The notes below the pieces were generated by a model that made no database searches, was not told the origin of the DNA, and was given only the letters and a program-made list of their open reading frames with translations. Below are positions 7,737-16,790 of a stretch of DNA of 28,312 bases, piece after piece. Within the stretch, counting starts at the first letter, position 1. Every line of letters begins with the position of its first letter. The stretch comes from Oligoflexus sp. Lineage in GTDB: Bacteria > Bdellovibrionota_B > Oligoflexia > Oligoflexales > Oligoflexaceae. The translations under genes were made by a program, and so were the position numbers. The stretch covers positions 1 to 28,312 of the forward strand of contig JBGSTX010000041.1 of the NCBI GenBank assembly GCA_041736305.1, in the 5' to 3' direction.

Positions 7737-9293
7737 TTACGGCCTTTCGCGTAACACGCGTTTAAGGATCTTACCGGTGGGGCCCTTGGGGAGCTGATCG
7801 AGCAAGCTTACCCCCCGCGGGTACTTGTAAGCGGCCAGCCGCTCCTTGCAATAGGTGAACAGCTCAGCTTCTTCGCAGCTAACACCGGGGCGCAGGACGA
7901 CGAAGGCATGCACCTCCTCCCCAAACTGCTCATGGGCGAGCCCTACGACAGCTGCTTCCATTACCGCGGGATGCGCGTAGAGGTGCTCCTCTATCTCCCG
8001 AGGGTAGATATTGAATCCACCACGAATGATAAGGTCTTTCTTGCGATCGACCAATCGATAGAAGCCATCCTCATCGCGGGTAGCGACATCCCCGCTGCGA
8101 AACCAACCATTGTCCAGAACTTCAGCGGTAGCATCTGGCTTGCGAAAGTAGCCCTTCATCACATTATGACCCTTGATGCAGAGTTCGCCAGGGACACCGT
8201 TTTCCTCGATTACAGCGCCTTCTTCATCGATCAGGCGAAACGAAACACCCCAGATGGGGACTCCCACCGAACCGACTTTTTTGCCCCCACCTAGGGGATT
8301 GCAGGATGCAACAGGTGAGGTTTCCGAGAGACCATAGGCCTCGATCAGATCAACACTGAACTTTTTATCAAAACGCCGCATGACCTCTTCAGGCATCGGG
8401 GCTCCTCCCGCGAGGCAAAGCACGAGAGAGGCGAGGCTTTCCGCTTCGATGCCAGGTAGATTCAAAAGTCCGTAATACATCGTCGGCACACCGGCGAATA
8501 TATTGATTTGAAAGCGTTGAATGAGCTGAGCCGCCTGAATAGGATCAAAGCGTTTCATAAAGGTCAGGGTTCCGCCAGCGAGGAGGGTAGAATTCTGGAG
8601 AACCGTCTGCCCAAAGCTATGGAAGAGCGGCAAAGCCACCAGTGAACGAATTTCTTCGGGCCGCAGATCTTTTTCTCGGGCAAGCGTCAAGAGAAACTGG
8701 GCGTTATAGAAGAGATTGAAATGCGAAAGTTCCGCTCCTTTAGGACGACCGGTGGTTCCCGAGGTATAAAGAATCACCGCGGTATCGTTTGGAGAACTTG
8801 CATAGCTTTCAGTCAGAGCTTGAGCTTCCTGGATCAGCGAGCGCAAGCTATGAACCCGAGTTCCCTGGGGCCCCGTGGCCACCGACGATTCGCTTTCAAG
8901 TCCTTCGATGATCATATGCTCGAGCTTCGGGCATCGATGCCAGGCAAGTAGAGCTTCGCTCTGCAGTTCTTTACAGGTGATGAGAGCAACGGCTTCACTG
9001 TCGCCCAAGTGATAGGCGATTTCATCAGATTTGAGCAGTATGTTGAGCGGGACTACAGGAAGACCGCAGAATTGAGCTGCATAGTAGGCGAGGGTAAAAG
9101 TCGGGATATTGGGCAAAAGCAAAGCGACATGCTGTCCAGGCCTTAGCCCCATATTCTCCAGCGAAGCAGCCAGTCGTGTAACTTGAGACCAAAGTTCACT
9201 ATAGCTGATTTCTTGATCATCAGCGCACAAGGCAATTTTAGCCGGATAGCGGCGGGCCGATTCAGCGAGCATAGTGCAAATATTCAGGCTCAT
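7737..9293 (-). CDS. Long-chain fatty acid-CoA ligase (FadD/LcfA-like)
   Basis: YTSGTTGRPKG AMP-binding motif, YGLSETSP, WFRSGD, DRKKDLIIRGG, PKGPTGKI; start chosen at ATG 9293 with GGGGAG RBS. Confidence 0.95.
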   Translation of the reverse strand: MSLNICTMLAESARRYPAKIALCADDQEISYSELWSQVTRLAASLENMGLRPGQHVALLLPNIPTFTLAYYAAQFCGLPVVPLNILLKSDEIAYHLGDSEAVALITCKELQSEALLAWHRCPKLEHMIIEGLESESSVATGPQGTRVHSLRSLIQEAQALTESYASSPNDTAVILYTSGTTGRPKGAELSHFNLFYNAQFLLTLAREKDLRPEEIRSLVALPLFHSFGQTVLQNSTLLAGGTLTFMKRFDPIQAAQLIQRFQINIFAGVPTMYYGLLNLPGIEAESLASLVLCLAGGAPMPEEVMRRFDKKFSVDLIEAYGLSETSPVASCNPLGGGKKVGSVGVPIWGVSFRLIDEEGAVIEENGVPGELCIKGHNVMKGYFRKPDATAEVLDNGWFRSGDVATRDEDGFYRLVDRKKDLIIRGGFNIYPREIEEHLYAHPAVMEAAVVGLAHEQFGEEVHAFVVLRPGVSCEEAELFTYCKERLAAYKYPRGVSLLDQLPKGPTGKILKRVLRERP

Positions 9294-9466
9294 AGTGCAG
9301 ACTCCCCCTGAGGCGTTGGTGATTTCTCTCATTCCTAAGTGAAGTAGCTCTTACACTAGCAGCTGCGCTGAGGAAGAGGAATGTGCTCAAACACCGGTTT
9401 CTTCGCTTCATACCTTCTTTTATAAGTGAGAGCCAGCCTTAGCTGAGGTATGAATATCAAAGTGAA

Positions 9467-9482
9467 CGGCATAGCTCCTGCA
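9467..9482 (+). promoter_or_regulatory. Candidate sigma54 (-24/-12) promoter
   Basis: cGGcatagctcctGCa gives exact GG-N10-GC spacing, about 43 nt before ATG 9525. Confidence 0.45.
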
Positions 9483-9524
9483 GAGATTAGATTGGGAAGA
9501 GAAAAAATATTCAGGAGGTACGTC

Positions 9525-9761
9525 ATGATTAGCGCTAGTGAAATCAAGGCCCATACGCCAGTTGTTTGTTCGAATAATGGTCAATTTGCTGTTGTCGATC
9601 ACATGGAGGGCAGAGACACGATCAAACTTGCAAAAGATGAAAATGGAGTTCATCATTTCATTCCGCTCAGCTGGGTCACAGCCATCGACGACAAAGTACA
9701 TATCGATCGTCCAGGCGACGAAGCTATGCGTGAATGGTCGACTACACCCTATCAAATGTAA
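9525..9761 (+). CDS. Small DUF2171-like (PRC-barrel-like) protein
   Basis: AGGAGG RBS then MISASEIKAHTPVVCS..GQFAVVDHMEG..IKLAKD..G.HHFIPLSWV..IDDKVH, the pattern I recall for DUF2171. Confidence 0.85.
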   Translation: MISASEIKAHTPVVCSNNGQFAVVDHMEGRDTIKLAKDENGVHHFIPLSWVTAIDDKVHIDRPGDEAMREWSTTPYQM

Positions 9762-9779
9762 TGTAGGCCTGAATTTATT

Positions 9780-9817
9780 GTCACGGGCCTATGCCGACCT
9801 AGTCGGGAGGCCGTGAC
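9780..9817 (+). terminator. Interrupted hairpin downstream of the DUF2171-like gene
   Basis: Stems gtcacgg/ccgtgac, cct/agg and ccgac/gtcgg; weak U-tail. Confidence 0.45.
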
Positions 9818-10000
9818 CTTAAGCCCCATTGGTGTATGCAAAAGAGTATTGAATTGTAGACATATGCCTGCAGTTCTGGACCTCCACTCCCCCTATCCCC
9901 CTTCTCATCTCAAGCTACTTGTATACAGATCCAAGAAAAAAGTTTGCTCCCAACAAATGTAAAGAGTTAAACAGAGGATACTATTTCTTGGGGGACACTC

Positions 10001-10882
10001 ATGGAAACTTCCGTATCTATCAGCTCTAGTCGTGAGCTTGAAGCGTATCGTCATGCCCAACGCCTAGCTTATGACAGTGTCGAGGCCGTAGCTGCGCGTT
10101 TGACGGAAGGCGTTACCGAGCGTCAGGCTGCGCAGTGGGTTCGCGATTATCTGGCCGAGCAGGGGATTAAGTACTATTTCCATGCTCCCTTTGCTTGGTT
10201 CGGTGAAAGAACACAGCTAGCTGTCGATTGGGGCGACGACGATTTTCTGCCGACCGATCTTGCTTTGGAAAAAGGCATGCCAGTCATACTTGATGTGGCT
10301 CCCGTGGTCGACGGTTTTGCCGCTGATGTAGGATATGCTTTTTGCTTCGGACACAATGATCAGCATGAGGCTATGCTAGACGATTTGGAAGCTTACCGGG
10401 AGATGATTCCTCGGATGCTCAAGTCTGGCAGCAACATGCAAGACGTTTACATGGCCATCGATCAAAAAATCCGCGAGCAAGGCTATCTGAGCAGTCACCG
10501 CTCCTATCCGGCTGGCGTAATCGGGCATCGCGTGACGACTCTCTCGCCCGAAGGTATCGATGATGAGGCTCGCGGTGGAGGCTTCGGGATTTCCGCCTAT
10601 CGTTATCTCAAAAATAAAAAGGTGCAGTCGGCGACAGCTCCTGAGCTATCTCCTTATTGGAACGATTCCCATCTCTCTGCTCACGCACCAGAGATAGGAC
10701 TTTGGGCTGTCGAGCCGCATTTTGCTCGCAATGGGATCGGGGTGAAATTCGAGGAGCTTCTCGTGGTGAGCGAAAATGATGTTTACTGGCTCGACGACGC
10801 GCTTCCTCACGTTCAGCGCTGGAAGCGGGGCCAGGCACGAGTCCCTCAAGCCGGTCAGCCGCTGGAAGGTCTTCGCGTCTGA
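10001..10882 (+). CDS. M24 family metallopeptidase (pita-bread fold)
   Basis: Metal ligands in LDVAP, ADVG, GHRV, VEPH, KFEE; FAWFGERT subfamily motif. Confidence 0.88.
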   Translation: METSVSISSSRELEAYRHAQRLAYDSVEAVAARLTEGVTERQAAQWVRDYLAEQGIKYYFHAPFAWFGERTQLAVDWGDDDFLPTDLALEKGMPVILDVAPVVDGFAADVGYAFCFGHNDQHEAMLDDLEAYREMIPRMLKSGSNMQDVYMAIDQKIREQGYLSSHRSYPAGVIGHRVTTLSPEGIDDEARGGGFGISAYRYLKNKKVQSATAPELSPYWNDSHLSAHAPEIGLWAVEPHFARNGIGVKFEELLVVSENDVYWLDDALPHVQRWKRGQARVPQAGQPLEGLRV

Positions 10883-10941
10883 TTTTTTCTAAAAGCATCT
10901 CATAGAGATATTTGGGGTGCACTCTTTTCAGGGGAACATGC

Positions 10942-13350
10942 ATGAAATTGAATATTCGAAGGGCCGCCGTACTGGGCGCTGGAACCATGGGTACACAAAT
11001 AGCAGCGCTGCTGGCTGCTTCTGGAATTACAACTCACTTGCTCGATCTGAGCAGTGAGGGAGAACGATCGAGTCGGGCTCTTGCAGCTATAGCCAATTTA
11101 AAGCAGTTGAAGCCAACACCGCTTTACAATGAAGCCTCGCTGTCCAGACTGATTCCTGGCAATTTCGATGACGATATGAAAGTGCTCGAAGATTGCGATT
11201 GGATCCTCGAAGCTGTGGTCGAGCGGCTGGATATCAAGCAGAGTCTCCATCGCAAGATCGCCCAGTATGCTCGGCCGAACGTACCTGTGACGACCAATAC
11301 TTCAGGTATCAAGTTGGTGGACATCGCTGCAGAGTTCTCGCCAGAGCAGCGGCAAAGATTCTTCGGAACCCACTTCTTCAATCCACCCCGCTACATGAAG
11401 CTCCTCGAAATAATTCCACACCCCGAGACTAATCTCGAACTGCTGAACGCCTTTGAAGCCTGGTCCGAAGAGCGCCTGGGCAAGGGCATCGTTCGAGCGC
11501 GCGATACTGTTAACTTCATCGCCAATCGCATCGGTACTTTCTGCAGCCAATCAGTGCTCAGGGCCATGGACGATCTCGGCCTCAACGTTGAAACGGTCGA
11601 CTCTCTTACCGGTCCCCTGATTGGTCGTCCCAAGTCAGCGACTCTCCGTACCGCCGATGTTGTAGGCCTGGATATTGGTGCAGCCGTGGCCCTAAACAAC
11701 TACGAGAAAGCGCCTGATGATCCCTATCGCGACTGGTTTTTGCCTAAGCCTTGGCTGGCTAATCTGATAGAGCGTGGCCATCTGGGTCAGAAAACAGGCT
11801 CTGTGGGCATCTACAAAAAAGATAAAGATGCGAGCGGCAATACGCTGATCCTAGCCTATCGTCCTGCGACGCAGAGCTATGAGACTCAGAACCCGACTGT
11901 TTTTCCCTGGTCAGAAGAAGCAGCCAAGGAACGAGACCTCGTCAAACGCATTAAACTGATCCTGAAGCACGACGACCCTGGCGCGCAAATGGTCTGGCGC
12001 AACCTGCGCGATATCTTCTCTTATTCCGCCTATCTGGTGCAAGACATCGCCGATGGTTTGGTGCAACCAGTTGATGATGCGATGCGCTGGGGTTACAGCT
12101 GGGCTATGGGGCCTTTCGAGCTTTGGCAAGCTCTGGGCTATGATGAAGTTCTGGCAAGAATGCAGCAGGACAAAGATAAAGATGGCTTGAAAATAGCCTC
12201 CTGGTTGCGCGAAGGTATGGCCTTTTACAGTCCCATGCCGGCCAGCCGCGAATGGCTTGCGGCAGGTGGGCCACGGACGCAGCTTCAGGTGAGTTCGCGT
12301 GGGACGGCTAACCGGGAAATTCCTCAAGCGAGCTATCGCTTCAGTCTGCCGACCTTTGAGAACAAGAGCGATAGCCGTGTAATCATGAGCAATCCAAGCG
12401 CCAGCCTGGTCGATATCGGTGACGGGGTAGCTTGCCTAGCTTTTCACTCGAAGATGAATACTGTCAACACCGATATCAGCTCCCTGATCGAGAAGAGTGT
12501 GGAGAAAGTTGGAAAAGAATTTCAGGCTCTTCTCATCGCTAACGACGCCGCAAACTTCTCCGCTGGAGCCGATATTCGCGACTTTCTCGGTGCTATGGCC
12601 AGCAAGAACTGGGATGTGATTGACCAAGGAGAAATCCGCTTCCAAGGTATACTCTCCCAGCTTAAATTCGCGCCCTTTCCTGTTGTTTCCTGTCCAACGG
12701 GTTTGACCTTGGGCGGCGGTTGTGAAGTGACTCTCCATACCAGCCATCAGATTTTGGCCGCAGAGACCTCTGCGGGCTTGGTAGAAGTAGGCGTCGGTCT
12801 ACTACCCGCTGGCGGCGGAACCAAAGAGCTGGCGATTCGTGCCTATGAGCTGGCAAGCCAAGGCGAAAATGCCGATCCAATGCCCTTCCTACGACGAGCC
12901 TTTCAGCTGATTTTTACGGCCCGCCGCTCAAGCTCTGGATTCGAAGCGGTGGAAATGGGTCTTTATGCGGCAGCAAACACTGATGTCTCTCTCTCCCGCG
13001 AGCATCTCATAGAAAAAGCTAAGAGACAGGCTTTGACTATGGCAGCCAATGGCTTTATCCCAAAAACTCCTCAGAATAAAATTAGGGTTGTGGGGAAGAG
13101 GGGTCTGGCAGTCTTCAAAGACGGTCTCCAGAGCCTCGTTGCTAGCCAGAAGATAAGCGCCTACGACGCCTTTATCGGTGAGCGCATCGCTACTATCTTC
13201 TGCGGTGGAGATGTGCCCGAAGGAACTCTAGTGAGCGAGCAGACATTCTTCGATTTGGAGCGGACTCTCTTCGTCGAACTTTGCCAGCAGCCTCAGACGA
13301 CGGATCGAATTCAGCATATGCTGAAGACTGGAAAGCCCCTCCGTAATTGA
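10942..13350 (+). CDS. fadN: 3-hydroxyacyl-CoA dehydrogenase / enoyl-CoA hydratase fusion (FadN-like)
   Basis: VLGAGTMG, EAVVE, TNTSG, HFFNPPRY, FIANRIG; C-terminal crotonase with FSAGAD, LGGGCE, GLVEVGVGLLPAGGG; ends GKPLRN. Start chosen at ATG 10942. Confidence 0.95.
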   Translation: MKLNIRRAAVLGAGTMGTQIAALLAASGITTHLLDLSSEGERSSRALAAIANLKQLKPTPLYNEASLSRLIPGNFDDDMKVLEDCDWILEAVVERLDIKQSLHRKIAQYARPNVPVTTNTSGIKLVDIAAEFSPEQRQRFFGTHFFNPPRYMKLLEIIPHPETNLELLNAFEAWSEERLGKGIVRARDTVNFIANRIGTFCSQSVLRAMDDLGLNVETVDSLTGPLIGRPKSATLRTADVVGLDIGAAVALNNYEKAPDDPYRDWFLPKPWLANLIERGHLGQKTGSVGIYKKDKDASGNTLILAYRPATQSYETQNPTVFPWSEEAAKERDLVKRIKLILKHDDPGAQMVWRNLRDIFSYSAYLVQDIADGLVQPVDDAMRWGYSWAMGPFELWQALGYDEVLARMQQDKDKDGLKIASWLREGMAFYSPMPASREWLAAGGPRTQLQVSSRGTANREIPQASYRFSLPTFENKSDSRVIMSNPSASLVDIGDGVACLAFHSKMNTVNTDISSLIEKSVEKVGKEFQALLIANDAANFSAGADIRDFLGAMASKNWDVIDQGEIRFQGILSQLKFAPFPVVSCPTGLTLGGGCEVTLHTSHQILAAETSAGLVEVGVGLLPAGGGTKELAIRAYELASQGENADPMPFLRRAFQLIFTARRSSSGFEAVEMGLYAAANTDVSLSREHLIEKAKRQALTMAANGFIPKTPQNKIRVVGKRGLAVFKDGLQSLVASQKISAYDAFIGERIATIFCGGDVPEGTLVSEQTFFDLERTLFVELCQQPQTTDRIQHMLKTGKPLRN

Positions 13351-13364
13351 AAAGAGCTTGAGAC

Positions 13365-13390
13365 CTGGACTGCCCTCGCGGGCAGTCCAG
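13365..13390. terminator. Hairpin between convergent genes, probable bidirectional terminator
   Basis: Perfect 11-bp stem ctggactgccc-tcgc-gggcagtccag. Confidence 0.8.
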
Positions 13391-13409
13391 ATTTCTCTGC
13401 TAGCAAGTG

Positions 13410-14936
13410 CTAGAAGAGATCAAGAGGCTGCTGCAAGTCAAAGAGCGTAAGAGCTGGTAGTTCCGCAAGCTCCCTTTGCCACTCGTATGAAGGCGCAAGC
13501 AGCCCGTCCATATTCAATAGACGATCGCTTGGGGCTTGGTCGCTATCAAGGAAAATGTCGTAAACCTTGGCGTCACTACTGGGCTTATAGGTCCTGAGAG
13601 CGCTAATCGTTTGCCAATTGCGGTCTGCGCTAGGAAGTTGGTCTCCGGGCTTTAAATCTTGAGCCAAAAGCAGACCGCGCCGGCTTACAAATGGATGCAA
13701 ACTCGTCACATCGATTTTCTTATCGCCCAATTTAATCTCGACCATAGAGGTGGGAGGTGGTGTTTCATGCACATAGAGGACTTTCTCAGGTCGCTTGAAC
13801 TTTGGATTCCAAAGCATATGCCCATATTTAAGTGTCGATATTTTCTTGAACGAACCATCAGCCATCTGGACCAGAGTATCCGATCCCCATGAGTCGCCTG
13901 CAGTATTAAGTGTTGGTCCCAGATTCACGTGGATACCTGCTAGACAAGTTTTTCTGCTTCCGTCAGGGCCAGCTACGCTGAGCTCTATCCACTGACTGTT
14001 TCTTGCTACAAAACTAATGCTGCTGAGACCGACATTTTTCGCCAAGAGTCGGGTAGCGCCAGGATAGGGAACTTCCACCGAGCTCTTGGACAGTGTGCCC
14101 GCTGCAAAATTCAAAGGTCCTTCTAGACCTGGTGCTTGCCTGACTGAAGCATCTACTACCACGCCGTTGCCCATGAAGTGAGCTGTAACAGTTTGACCTG
14201 CATCAGTGTCATGGGCCCAGCCTCGGGCTACGCCAGGGCAACTCATGAAAGTAGCAGGCTTTAGAACCTGCTTCGGCTTTCCAGTTGCAGGATCGATGAC
14301 GGGTTTACCGGTACTAGGGTCGATAACATTAACCATCATCGCTGGGGATTGAATACACTGAAAGCCCTGGACTGAACTGTTACCCGAAAAAGCCATAGAG
14401 CAGCTAGGAGTAGGTGGAGGATCTATTTCGACCTTGGCTTTAGCTTCGCCATTTGTTGCATTTTTTAACAATGCAGTATCGACCTTGGAATCAGCTACAA
14501 CGGCGGCATGAGTGATCAAGTAGGGTCTGCTGCTCTTGTTAGTCTCGAATCTGTTGAACCTGATGTAGCTGGTCGAATCCTTCCCTTCAGGGCTGGCATG
14601 GTAGGATTTTGAATAGACCATAATAGTGTTTGGGCTACTACCCCATAATGGATTTGGTTTGGCACTGGGAGTAGTGGCGAGGACCGCGCTTTTTACCGGC
14701 AAGTATGGATCAGGATAAATCGTTGGATTAGGGGCCGACATTAAAGATTGAAAGACGCCAAGCGCATTTATGCTAAGATCGGTAGCCTCTTGGTTCGCAT
14801 TATTTATATCCGAGGATTTGAGCGCCGACTGGGAGCGCAGGCCACTGTATGTACCGATTATAGCCCCTATGCTAGCTATAACGAGAACCAGGCCGATCGC
14901 ACCGAACCCGTCATTTCCCTGTCCATTACTTTGCAT
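13410..14936 (-). CDS. PilX/GspK-like minor pilin with C-terminal Hint (intein/hedgehog-like) domain
   Basis: AGGAG RBS; MQSNGQGNDG|FGAIGLVLVIASIGAIIG class III-like signal lacking Glu5. Hint block A SWGSDTLVQMADGSFKKISTLKYG (Ser349), block B VTSLHPF, AQDLKPGDQL, block F KVYDI, and LNMDGLLA. Confidence 0.8.
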   Translation of the reverse strand: MQSNGQGNDGFGAIGLVLVIASIGAIIGTYSGLRSQSALKSSDINNANQEATDLSINALGVFQSLMSAPNPTIYPDPYLPVKSAVLATTPSAKPNPLWGSSPNTIMVYSKSYHASPEGKDSTSYIRFNRFETNKSSRPYLITHAAVVADSKVDTALLKNATNGEAKAKVEIDPPPTPSCSMAFSGNSSVQGFQCIQSPAMMVNVIDPSTGKPVIDPATGKPKQVLKPATFMSCPGVARGWAHDTDAGQTVTAHFMGNGVVVDASVRQAPGLEGPLNFAAGTLSKSSVEVPYPGATRLLAKNVGLSSISFVARNSQWIELSVAGPDGSRKTCLAGIHVNLGPTLNTAGDSWGSDTLVQMADGSFKKISTLKYGHMLWNPKFKRPEKVLYVHETPPPTSMVEIKLGDKKIDVTSLHPFVSRRGLLLAQDLKPGDQLPSADRNWQTISALRTYKPSSDAKVYDIFLDSDQAPSDRLLNMDGLLAPSYEWQRELAELPALTLFDLQQPLDLF

Positions 14937-15116
14937 ACATTGCTCCTGCTAGACTGCTCACTCTCTAAAGATCCAGATCGGCTCAGTGGGGAGACTCCTT
15001 TATCTCTCTTTCTAAATGTCCGTTTTAATGAGTTTTAATGTCTAAAAGAAACTTGAGATAAAGATGTGGCATGAATCTGACGACAAAGCTTTGACTCGTG
15101 GAATCTCGGGGGTTTT

Positions 15117-15701
15117 GTGAATTATTCGTCAAGGGCAGGTTTCACATTCACAGAAGTTATGGTGAGCATGTTCATTCTCGGGCTCTTAGGGCTAGGAATG
15201 AGCAATATACTCCTCCGTGCCAAGGAAAGTAGCTCAAGAGAAGAATTGCGTAAGAACCAAGAAGATATTCAGCGCGAACTCATACGCCGTCTCAGGCATC
15301 ACTTTGAAAGGCATTCTTCCAAAATTATGCCAGCACCTCACCGACTCACTATGAGTACTCCAAGGGGGGAAGTCATAGTTGAAACCATCTGCGTGGATAA
15401 TAACTTGGATTGGCAGACTGCCGATAATCTTATGAAGAGCTGCGTTAAGTGCAAACCTTCTCAGCATCCTGTTATCCGTATCAAGGAGCCCAATCAAACA
15501 CTGTACTTTCCAGGTCAGCTCCAAAAGGCCGAACTCCCTGCGGCTGTGTCCATTTGCTTCAAAAAAACTTCGGATCCTAATGAAGTCGGTATAGAGGTCG
15601 CGACTCTTATGATCGATCCAATTACGCATCAGGCTAAACGAGTCAATAGCTTTGAAACGTATTTAGTTAAAGACGCAAGTAACTTTACTTTTTACGAGTA
15701 A
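15117..15701 (+). CDS. Prepilin-type N-terminal cleavage/methylation domain protein (minor pilin/pseudopilin)
   Basis: GTG start; SRAG|FTFTEVMVSMFILGLLGL with Glu5; four Cys. Confidence 0.9.
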   Translation: MNYSSRAGFTFTEVMVSMFILGLLGLGMSNILLRAKESSSREELRKNQEDIQRELIRRLRHHFERHSSKIMPAPHRLTMSTPRGEVIVETICVDNNLDWQTADNLMKSCVKCKPSQHPVIRIKEPNQTLYFPGQLQKAELPAAVSICFKKTSDPNEVGIEVATLMIDPITHQAKRVNSFETYLVKDASNFTFYE

Positions 15702-15704
15702 GAA

Positions 15705-16406
15705 ATGAGAAATAGATCAGAGTCCGGATTTTCCTTGATCGAAGTGATCGTCGCTGTTTTGCTGCTAAGTCTCGTGACTTACATGCTGTCTTCGCAGCAA
15801 AAAAGGGTGCAAAAGAACTTCTTCAAGGTGATGAGCCGGGACGCCCATCTGCAGGTCATCGATGTGGTTAAGAGCCGCTCTAAAAAGTCCTTGGGTCAGA
15901 TTCTCTTGATGGCCAATACTAATCCTAATGCGCTCCCTCCGATCTTCAATGCTAAGCTCGATCTTGGGGAAGGCATGCAGCTGCAGTGGGTTGGTCCTCG
16001 TGAGGTCGGTGAGGATTTTTCAGGTGTGCAATATGTCAGCACTCCGGATCCTGCGATCGAAAAAGTTTTGAGGGGGTGCAGGCAGTCTAAGACGTTCAAG
16101 GAGGTTTGGACTGGCGCCGAGCTGGTGAATCGGCGGGCTTCTCCTCGTCTGATTTTCTGCTCGCAGCTGCTTCTACCACCGGGAAATACCTCGCCGAGCG
16201 CGAGCAACATATCGCATTCCAAAGCAGGTTTTTTAGCTCTCGATGTGAATTTCACAAGGACTATAGATGGCGCAGCTATACCTCTTTCCCAGTTCGGCAG
16301 CGGCGGCACGCTGGCTACTGTTACATGGACTCTCGTCTGGAGTTATGAAAAAAGCAAGAATGAAGTGCAGCAGTATAGAAAAGGCATTTTTCATATTGTT
16401 CCTTAA
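15705..16406 (+). CDS. Prepilin-type N-terminal cleavage/methylation domain protein (minor pilin/pseudopilin)
   Basis: SESG|FSLIEVIVAVLLLSLV with Glu5; starts 3 nt after the previous stop. Confidence 0.9.
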   Translation: MRNRSESGFSLIEVIVAVLLLSLVTYMLSSQQKRVQKNFFKVMSRDAHLQVIDVVKSRSKKSLGQILLMANTNPNALPPIFNAKLDLGEGMQLQWVGPREVGEDFSGVQYVSTPDPAIEKVLRGCRQSKTFKEVWTGAELVNRRASPRLIFCSQLLLPPGNTSPSASNISHSKAGFLALDVNFTRTIDGAAIPLSQFGSGGTLATVTWTLVWSYEKSKNEVQQYRKGIFHIVP

Positions 16407-16790
16407 GCTAAGCAGCCGCTAATTCCCCCTTTCGGCTTTCCTCATGTAGATCCACTGCACCTTTCCTCAATCCCAACTGAGTTGCGGTCCAACACTTTGT
16501 TCTCAAGAGCACCAGGATCGGTCACTACAACTGTAAGCAATAGATTCTAAGCGTATTTTATTGCAAATTTGGATATTTATCAAAAATGTCGATTTATAAT
16601 CCGAATATTTTGCCGAGAGTCAACCAGATAGCAGCTCGAGCTAGCCGTGAGCTAAGCGAAAGCTGGGTGCTTCTTGAATCTGTACAGTTTGCTCACTTCC
16701 TGCTAGGTTTTTAGTACTCAATTTTTCATTTAGCTCTAGCGCTCCATTAGAGTAAGCGCCCCTTCGATATCTTTTCGGGAGAATAAGGCC

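Noticed and set aside
13488-13892. Canonical splicing intein or mobile homing element
   Set aside because: No terminal His-Asn plus nucleophile, no endonuclease insert, and the domain is C-terminal; treated as a Hint autoprocessing domain instead.
15067-15081. TGGCAT upstream of the pilin genes as a sigma54 promoter
   Set aside because: No GC at the required GG-N10-GC position.
15440-15470. CVKC in the first prepilin as a heme-binding site
   Set aside because: Followed by Lys, not His; more likely disulfide cysteines.
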